Assembly (NCBI GenBank): GCA_030632085.1
Contig: DAOVJY010000006.1
Coordinates: 26,805 to 90,804 of the forward strand
Direction: 5' to 3'
DNA: 64,000 nt
DNA from: Candidatus Omnitrophota bacterium
Lineage (GTDB): Bacteria > Omnitrophota > Gorgyraeia > JAGLLT01
Shown here: positions 58,336 through 64,000 of the stretch, one piece after another
How the letters are laid out: each line of letters opens with the position of its first letter
Numbering within the stretch: position 1 is the stretch's first letter
Program-made: the position numbers and the translations under genes
The notes under the pieces: generated by a model
What the model saw: the letters and a program-made list of their open reading frames with translations, nothing else
Databases searched by the model: none
Told to the model about the DNA's origin: nothing

Positions 58336-58402
58336 CTCAGTTGGTTAGAGCAGTCGGCTCATACCCGGCGCGTCGGCCGTTCGAGTCGGCCCACCGCTAC
58401 CA
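58326..58402 (+). tRNA. tRNA with CAU anticodon; elongator-type anticodon stem, so tRNA-Met or lysidine-modified tRNA-Ile2. Its position directly upstream of tilS favours Ile2.
   Basis: Cloverleaf folded by hand: acceptor GGCGGTG/CACCGCT, D arm GCTC-AGTTGGTTA-GAGC, anticodon stem GTCGG/CCGGC with loop CTCATAC, T arm GGCCG-TTCGAGT-CGGCC, discriminator A, encoded CCA. Confidence 0.85.
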
Positions 58403-58412
58403 TTATTTGATA

Positions 58413-59825
58413 ATGATTTATGATAAGTTCATTTCAGATGTAAAAAAGTACCACATGCTTTATCCTCAGGAGAAAGTATTGCTTGCTGTCTCCGGCGGGC
58501 CCGACTCCGTTGCTTTGCTTTTGTTGTTTTTAAAGTTAAAGAAAAAACTCAAGTTAGACCTTTTGGTTGTTCATATCAATCATAATTTAAGAGCAGGTGA
58601 ATCAAATTCTGACGAAAGGTTTCTCAGGCGGCTTTGTAAAGAGCGTAATGTAGATTTATATATAAAGAATATTGATGTTTCTCTATTGGCCAAAAAAGAA
58701 AAACTTTCATTGGAAGATGCCGCGAGAGAAGCCCGCTATAGAACTTTCGAGAAGGTATGCAAAAAATATAAGATAAAGAAAGTTGCTTTAGCTCATACCA
58801 AAGACGACCAGGCGGAAACTTATCTTATGCGTCTTTTAAGAGGAGCCGGGCTTAAGGGGCTCTCAGGTATATGGCCTGTAAGACAACATAAAGAGTTAGT
58901 TCTCGTGAGGCCCCTTTTAGGGATATCCAAAACGGAGATTATTCGTTTTTTAAAGCAAAAAAAACAGAATTATCGAACTGATTCTTCAAATTTAAAGCCG
59001 GATTATCTTAGAAATAAGATTAGATTGAAAACCATACCTTATTTAAGAAAAAACTTTAACCCTCAACTTTGCGATATTCTAAGCCGTCAAACCGATGTTT
59101 TAAGACAAGTTTATCAATATATCCAAAAAGAAGCGGAATTAATATACACGAGGATTTGTACTAAATCTAAAAAGGGTGTAAGTATTAATTTAGTTAAATT
59201 TCGCGAGCTTGATACCGCCCTGGCTTTTGAGGTTTTAAGGCTTTGCTTGTTAGGTGTCAAGGGCCACCTCAAAGACATTTCTTATGATAACTTAAACGCG
59301 TTGTGGCAAATGAGTCAAAATAAGGCTGGCAGCGAAACTGTAACCCTTTCAGATGAAATTAGGGGCGTGAGAGAATATTCGAACTTAAAGATTTTAACAA
59401 ACTTAAAAGCTAAAGCAGGAAGCAAAGTTAGAAAAAATAAGCCCAAGTTAATAAAGATTCCCGGAAGTACCGAATTCAAAGGCCTTAATTGCAAAATTTG
59501 CACTAAAATATTAAAGCCGAAAGGTAAAATCAGCTCTAAAAATGATTCTTCGGTTGAATATATTGATTTTGATAAGATACACGGCTATCTAAAGCTTAGG
59601 ACAAGGATAATTAAAGATAAATTTAAACCGCTGGGGTTAAAAAATCGCAAAAGCCTCAAGAATTTTCTCATTAATTTAAAAATACCGGTTTCGCAAAGAG
59701 ATGATATTCCGCTTATTATTGACGATGAGAATATAATCTGGGTGGCGGGTTTTAGGATATCGCAGGACTATAAAGTCAATAAGGACACCTGCCGAGTTCT
59801 AAGGCTAAAAATTACCTACTCCTAG
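58413..59825 (+). CDS. tilS: tRNA(Ile)-lysidine synthetase
   Basis: PP-loop SGGPDS near the N-terminus, TilS C-terminal domain. Start moved to the ATG at 58413; the ORF-track start at 58341 lies inside the tRNA. Confidence 0.85.
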   Translation: MIYDKFISDVKKYHMLYPQEKVLLAVSGGPDSVALLLLFLKLKKKLKLDLLVVHINHNLRAGESNSDERFLRRLCKERNVDLYIKNIDVSLLAKKEKLSLEDAAREARYRTFEKVCKKYKIKKVALAHTKDDQAETYLMRLLRGAGLKGLSGIWPVRQHKELVLVRPLLGISKTEIIRFLKQKKQNYRTDSSNLKPDYLRNKIRLKTIPYLRKNFNPQLCDILSRQTDVLRQVYQYIQKEAELIYTRICTKSKKGVSINLVKFRELDTALAFEVLRLCLLGVKGHLKDISYDNLNALWQMSQNKAGSETVTLSDEIRGVREYSNLKILTNLKAKAGSKVRKNKPKLIKIPGSTEFKGLNCKICTKILKPKGKISSKNDSSVEYIDFDKIHGYLKLRTRIIKDKFKPLGLKNRKSLKNFLINLKIPVSQRDDIPLIIDDENIIWVAGFRISQDYKVNKDTCRVLRLKITYS

Positions 59826-59834
59826 CACCTACAG

Positions 59835-59873
59835 TTATTGTAAAATGTTCGAGGCGAAGCCTCGAACAATAAT
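59835..59873 (+). terminator. Long hairpin after tilS (ttattg taaaa tgttcgaggc gaa gcctcgaaca ataa); no clear U-tract
   Basis: Perfect 10-bp inner stem read directly. Confidence 0.35.
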
Positions 59874-59943
59874 ACTCAAACCTTTGAAATTTTCTCTTAA
59901 TAAAGTTCATCACTTATGATACACTTATAGCGGAGGTAAAATA

Positions 59944-60174
59944 ATGAGCACAAAACATCCCAGATTAAATGTTGTCTTGGAGCCGGTTCTGTATCGTGCG
60001 GTTTTAAAATTGGCAAGAAAAGAGGAGGTATCGCTATCTCTAAAAGCGAGAGACCTTATTCGTGACGCTTTGGAATATTGCGAAGATGTCCATTGGGCGG
60101 ATCAGGCGCAAGCAAGGGAAAAGATATTCAATCGCAAAAAAACTATAAAGCATAGTCAGGTTTGGGGAAGCTAG
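59944..60174 (+). CDS. Ribbon-helix-helix-type antitoxin (copy 1)
   Basis: 76 aa, N-terminal beta-strand then helices (RLNVVLEPVLYRAVLKLARKEEVSLS); abuts a RelE/ParE toxin gene. Confidence 0.6.
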   Translation: MSTKHPRLNVVLEPVLYRAVLKLARKEEVSLSLKARDLIRDALEYCEDVHWADQAQAREKIFNRKKTIKHSQVWGS

Positions 60175-60458
60175 GAGTGACTTATAAGCTGCTTTATCAT
60201 CCTGCTGTTTTAAAAGAGGATTTACGTAAGATTCCGAACGGCCAAAAATCAAGAATTCGACATATTATTGAAACAAAGCTTGTTAATAATCCTATTTTAG
60301 CAGGTAAGCTTTTGCGCCAAAGTTTGAAAGGCCATAGAAAACTTCGCGTTGGAGATTGGAGAATAATTTACCGAATAGACAGGAAAAACATTATAATATT
60401 GAAGATTGGACATCGTAGAGAAGTTTACCAACGCGCGACAAGACGAATAAAGAAATAA
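60162..60458 (+). CDS. RelE/ParE-family toxin (copy 1)
   Basis: C-terminal LRVGDWRIIYRIDRKNIIILKIGHRREVY signature. Start is either TTG 60162 (overlapping the antitoxin) or GTG 60177 right after AGGAG and the antitoxin stop. Confidence 0.8.
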   Translation: MGKLGVTYKLLYHPAVLKEDLRKIPNGQKSRIRHIIETKLVNNPILAGKLLRQSLKGHRKLRVGDWRIIYRIDRKNIIILKIGHRREVYQRATRRIKK

Positions 60459-60540
60459 ATTCTAATATAAAGTCATACCCTTGCAGGGCACAGGCAAGAC
60501 AAATAGCTTATAGCAGATAGCGTAGAGCGGATAGGAAAAG
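60459..60540. repeat. Dispersed repeat family member after toxin copy 1 (ttctaatataaagtcatacccttgcagggcacaggcaagacaaatagcttatagcagatagcgtagagcggatagg)
   Basis: Near-identical to 62345-62424; belongs to the duplicated TA cassette. Confidence 0.7.
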
Positions 60541-60668
60541 CGAAAAAAACAAAAGTATCCAAACTGCGGCGGGCCGGATACAGGCCAAAGAAGAAATGAA
60601 AAAAACGGTCGCTGTCCCTATTTAAATACTATTAAATATTTAAAAGTGAGAAAAGCAAAGGAGAATGT

Positions 60669-61409
60669 ATGAAAAAAATTATTTTTTTTATTTTTCTAAT
60701 TATGATAACTCTAAACGCCTCTCGCGCAGGATACTGTGCGACGGCACGTATCACTGATTATCCGAAGGATATTATGCCAGGGCAGACGGTAACCTTTAAG
60801 GTCAGCTGGCACGGCATTCCGCTTGATAAGAATTTAAAGATTGTTGTCCAGTTAGAAAATCTTAAGATGTCTCCAGAAGTGCGCATAAGAAAAGATATTT
60901 ATAATTTTAGATCAAAAGAAACAATCGAAGTTGATTTAGATATTCCGAAAACAATCCCCTTAGGTTCCGGCTACAAATTCATTGTAGCCTTTATCCCGCA
61001 GGATGAAAATTGGGATGACGCCTTCTTAGTTTCGACGACTTTAAGCAACGTCAAGTTATACGTTCCCTACGAAGTTAAAATAATTAAGTGTCCTCAGCGC
61101 CTCTATTGCGGAATAAACTTTTTTATCACAATTTCGTGGAAGAATATACCTTTTAATAGAGGATATAAGCTTGTTCTCGGATTGGAGAGTCAGAAGAAGG
61201 GTTACCATATGCACGTTGTTAAAGAAATAAGTAAGGCGTCTGCAACCGGCAAGAAAACAATCAAGCACCGCTTGCCCGAGACGGTACCGTTAAGTGATGA
61301 TTATAGATTAAAAATAATTGCGGTATCTAAAACTGATAGGACAGACATTTTAACTGAAGATTTTACCGAGCGTAATATTGAAGTGAAAGAGTTTCTTAAA
61401 AGCTACTAA
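60669..61409 (+). CDS. Secreted hypothetical protein with two tandem ~100-aa internal repeats
   Basis: Signal peptide; repeat 1 (TDYPKDIMPGQTVTFKVSWHGIPLDKNLKIVVQLE...) matches repeat 2 (KCPQRLYCGINFFITISWKNIPFNRGYKLVLGLE...). Confidence 0.5.
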   Translation: MKKIIFFIFLIMITLNASRAGYCATARITDYPKDIMPGQTVTFKVSWHGIPLDKNLKIVVQLENLKMSPEVRIRKDIYNFRSKETIEVDLDIPKTIPLGSGYKFIVAFIPQDENWDDAFLVSTTLSNVKLYVPYEVKIIKCPQRLYCGINFFITISWKNIPFNRGYKLVLGLESQKKGYHMHVVKEISKASATGKKTIKHRLPETVPLSDDYRLKIIAVSKTDRTDILTEDFTERNIEVKEFLKSY

Positions 61410-61416
61410 GCTTAAG

Positions 61417-61647
61417 ATGCTAACATACGCTGTTAGACTGTTGATGAAAATAATTAATAAAAAAATATCGCTCATCACTAAAGGGTTTACGGATATCATT
61501 GAAATAACCAATAAAGTTCTTAATAAACTTAATACCTCGGGCATTAAGGAGGGTACGGTAATTATCATATGTCCTGGTTCAACCGGAGCACTTACCACCT
61601 GCAAAATCAAGGGACACTGGACTTGCCCAAGTAAAATGGACACTTAA
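61417..61647 (+). CDS. Small ORF (76 aa); possibly an N-terminal fragment of a YjbQ/UPF0047-like gene truncated by the downstream TA cassette
   Basis: Weak resemblance of GFTDIIEIT...[17 protein letters not shown] to the YjbQ N-terminus; very uncertain. Confidence 0.2.
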   Translation: MLTYAVRLLMKIINKKISLITKGFTDIIEITNKVLNKLNTSGIKEGTVIIICPGSTGALTTCKIKGHWTCPSKMDT

Positions 61648-61829
61648 TAAACAAGATTTTTCCTCTCAAATTCCACAGGACTCAAATAGTCCAACGTTGA
61701 ATGTAATCTCTTTCTGTTGTAAAAAACTTCTATATATTCAAAGATAGCTACTCTAGCTTCTTCTTTAGTTTTAAATTTTCTCTTGACAAGGTTCATCACT
61801 TATGATACACTTATATCGGAGGTAAAAAA

Positions 61830-62060
61830 ATGAGTACAAAACATCCCAGATTAAATGTTGTCCTCGAACCGGTTCTATATCGTACAGTTTTAAAGTTGGC
61901 AAGAAAAGAGGAGATATCGCTATCTCTAAAAGCGAGAGACCTTATTCGTGAAGCTTTGGAATATTGTGAAGATGTCCATTGGGCGGATCAGGCGCAAACA
62001 AGGGAAAAGACATTCATTCGCAAAAAAGCTATAAAGCATAGTCAGGTTTGGGGAAGCTAA
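61830..62060 (+). CDS. Ribbon-helix-helix-type antitoxin (copy 2, ~92% aa identity to copy 1)
   Basis: Paralog of 59944-60174; preceded by a stronger promoter (TTGACA-17-TACACT at about 61793-61821) than copy 1 (TTAATA). Confidence 0.6.
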   Translation: MSTKHPRLNVVLEPVLYRTVLKLARKEEISLSLKARDLIREALEYCEDVHWADQAQTREKTFIRKKAIKHSQVWGS

Positions 62061-62344
62061 AAGTGACTTATAAGCTGCTTTATCATCCTGCTGTTTTAAA
62101 AGAGGATTTACGTAAGATTCCAACCGGTCAAAAATCAAGAATTCGACATATTATTGAATCAAAGCTTATTAATAATCCTATTTTAGCAGGTAAACCTTTG
62201 CGTCAGAGCTTGAAAGGCCATAGAAAACTTCGTGTTGGAGATTGGAGAATAATTTACCGAATAGATAAGGAAAACATTATAATATTGAAGATTGGACATC
62301 GTAGAGAAGTTTACCAGCGCGCGACAAGACGAATAAAGAAATAA
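62048..62344 (+). CDS. RelE/ParE-family toxin (copy 2)
   Basis: Same signature as copy 1 (LRVGDWRIIYRIDKENIIILKIGHRREVY). Confidence 0.8.
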   Translation: MGKLKVTYKLLYHPAVLKEDLRKIPTGQKSRIRHIIESKLINNPILAGKPLRQSLKGHRKLRVGDWRIIYRIDKENIIILKIGHRREVYQRATRRIKK

Positions 62345-62700
62345 ATTCTAATATAAAGTCATACCCTGGTGGGCACAGGCAAGACAAATAGCTTATAGCA
62401 GATAGCGTAGAGCGGATAGGGAAACAATAACCAAGAGACAAGATACAATAACCAAATAATAACCAATGACCAAAAAACAAGTATAAAGTCATACCCTGGT
62501 GGGCACAGGCAAGTCACAAGCAAAAAACAAAAAACAAACAAGCAACGATAATCAATGACCAAGTTCAATCCTGAGCAGTATTGAAGGATTGAATATTGTT
62601 TGCCTGTGCCCTGCAAGGGTATATCTTGCGTCTTGTGACTTTGTACTTGTATCTTGTATTTTGCAGTTTTTCTATTGCTTATCTAATTTTATTTTGTTAT
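62345..62700. repeat. Composite dispersed-repeat region: duplicated cassette tail, exact 43-nt ataaccaa block (62432-62474), second aagtcataccctggtgggcacaggcaag word, then an inverted partner (cttgcctgtgccctgcaagggtat...cttgtgactttgtacttgtatcttg) giving a long imperfect hairpin
   Basis: Exact and near-exact word matches to 4428-4470, 46991-47026 and 60461-60537; reverse-complement pairing ggcacaggcaa/ttgcctgtgcc read directly. Confidence 0.7.
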
Positions 62701-62734
62701 AATTAAAACAAATTTACTTTTAAAAGGGGTATTT

Positions 62735-64000
62735 ATGGCAAACAATTATAAAAGCGCTAAAAAAACAAATAGAAAAAAAAGTAACAAGCAGCAACCAAAA
62801 CCTCAGAATAATGCTACTATTATTATTCTTGTAATTGCTATGCTGTTTAGCTTTTTTTATTTGAATCGCGCTTATTTCGCGGAAGAACAGCTTACTTATG
62901 GTGAGTTTGTCAGTGCGGTAGCCGGCAATAAAGAAACTCAGCGCATAGAGTCGGTTACTTTGCAGCAGGAAGACGGAATTGTTTTCGGAAAATTCGCGGA
63001 TGGTACAAATTTCAGGGTTGTAGTTCCTAAGAATGATCCGGAATTAGTCAGCCTGCTTAAGAAAAATATTGACGGCAGTAAATTTAACGTGAAAGCTCCT
63101 AATTTACTTGCTCAGATTGCTATCGCCGTCGCGCCAATGGTAATTCTTGTTTTCATTTTCTGGTTTTTCTTTATTCGCAAAGCGGCCCAGGAAGGCAAGC
63201 GGCTATTTTCTTTTGGTCAAAGTAAGCCTCGCCAAAATATTGGCAGCCGGATAAACATTACCTTTAATGATGTTGCCGGTGTTGATGAAGCCAAGGAAGA
63301 ATTGCAGGAGATAATTGAGTTTTTAAAAGATCCTAAAAAGTTTCAGAGTTTAGGTGGTAAAATACCTAAGGGGATACTTTTAATGGGCCCTCCCGGATGC
63401 GGTAAGACCTTGCTTGCCAAAGCTGTCAGCGGTGAGGCGGGGGTTCCTTTCTTTAGTATCAGCGGATCGGATTTCGTGGAGATGTTTGTCGGTGTAGGCG
63501 CTTCCCGCGTAAGAGATTTGTTTGATAAAGCTAAAAAGTCAGCCAAATTAAGCGGTAAAGGCGGAATTATATTTATAGATGAAATCGATGCCGTCGGTAG
63601 ACAGCGTTTTGCGGGTATTGGCGGCGGGCATGATGAGAGAGAACAGACTTTAAATCAGCTTTTATCGGAAATGGACGGTTTTAATACTCAAGAAGGTGTT
63701 ATTCTTATCGCCGCGACTAATCGGCCCGATGTTTTAGATCCGGCTTTATTAAGGCCCGGAAGATTCGACAGGCAAATTGTAGTTGATAGGCCGGATATAA
63801 AAGGCAGGGAAGCTATTCTTAAAGTGCACGTTAGAAATATTAAATTAAAACCGAATATTGACTTGGCTTTAATTGCCAGGCGCACACCGGGTTTTTCGGG
63901 AGCTGATTTGGCTAATCTGGTTAATGAAGCGGCCCTCTTAGCTGTTAGGAAAAATAAAAAGGCTGTTGAACTTGCGGAAATGGAAGCAGCCATTGAAAGG
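62735..64000 (+). CDS. ftsH: ATP-dependent zinc metalloprotease FtsH (3'-partial, runs off the window)
   Basis: N-terminal TM and periplasmic domain, AAA+ Walker A GPPGCGKT, Walker [13 protein letters not shown] region; frame open to position 64000. Confidence 0.9.
   Translation, partial: MANNYKSAKKTNRKKSNKQQPKPQNNATIIILVIAMLFSFFYLNRAYFAEEQLTYGEFVSAVAGNKETQRIESVTLQQEDGIVFGKFADGTNFRVVVPKNDPELVSLLKKNIDGSKFNVKAPNLLAQIAIAVAPMVILVFIFWFFFIRKAAQEGKRLFSFGQSKPRQNIGSRINITFNDVAGVDEAKEELQEIIEFLKDPKKFQSLGGKIPKGILLMGPPGCGKTLLAKAVSGEAGVPFFSISGSDFVEMFVGVGASRVRDLFDKAKKSAKLSGKGGIIFIDEIDAVGRQRFAGIGGGHDEREQTLNQLLSEMDGFNTQEGVILIAATNRPDVLDPALLRPGRFDRQIVVDRPDIKGREAILKVHVRNIKLKPNIDLALIARRTPGFSGADLANLVNEAALLAVRKNKKAVELAEMEAAIER

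Noticed and set aside
58341-58412. ORF-track start of the tilS ORF at 58341
   Set aside because: That segment is the body of the tRNA(CAU) gene (58326-58402). The tilS coding sequence begins at the in-frame ATG at 58413.
1-64000. CRISPR array
   Set aside because: The dispersed repeats are irregular in length and spacing, with no constant repeat/spacer periodicity and no cas genes.

Overview
Low-GC (~35%), gene-dense, almost entirely plus-strand window, apparently from an uncultivated diderm bacterium (Mla pathway, secretin and exosortase/PEP-CTERM genes are present). Layout: (i) a housekeeping block 1-9.4 kb: partial ORF, mlaEFD, radA, a four-helix-bundle (23S-IVS/Avd-family) gene flanked by IVS-like inverted low-complexity repeats, a YacL-like PIN/TRAM gene, ispD, ispF, cysE, cysS. 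(ii) A ~27 kb exopolysaccharide / PEP-CTERM-exosortase locus (9.6-36.7 kb): PEP-CTERM protein, REC-GAF-GGDEF regulator, a secretin, Wzz-like protein, a degenerate BY-kinase-like ATPase, two flippases, wecB-like epimerase, GT1/GT2/GT9/WecA-like transferases, methyltransferases, a Wzy-like polymerase, a TPR protein, the exosortase and EpsI. (iii) A glycan-utilisation cluster (36.8-47 kb): lipoprotein SBP, GH94-like phosphorylase, three tandem secreted CBM-like paralogs, AraC regulator, PilZ protein, GH35-like beta-galactosidase. (iv) A housekeeping block 47.8-59.8 kb: purH, folC, mnmE, folE, GAF-HD-GYP, DUF212, LysM-L,D-transpeptidase, accA, bioY, tRNA(CAU) next to tilS. (v) Two near-identical RHH-RelE/ParE toxin-antitoxin cassettes as direct repeats around two small genes, then ftsH (3' partial). 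The non-gene signals worth most attention are a dispersed family of hairpin-forming low-complexity intergenic repeats, a conserved leader hairpin shared by folE and bioY, recent tandem duplication with a gene-conversion tract in the CBM-like genes, and three c-di-GMP nodes (GGDEF, PilZ, HD-GYP) tied to the exosortase/secretin EPS system. No CRISPR array, rRNA or transposase/integrase gene was found.
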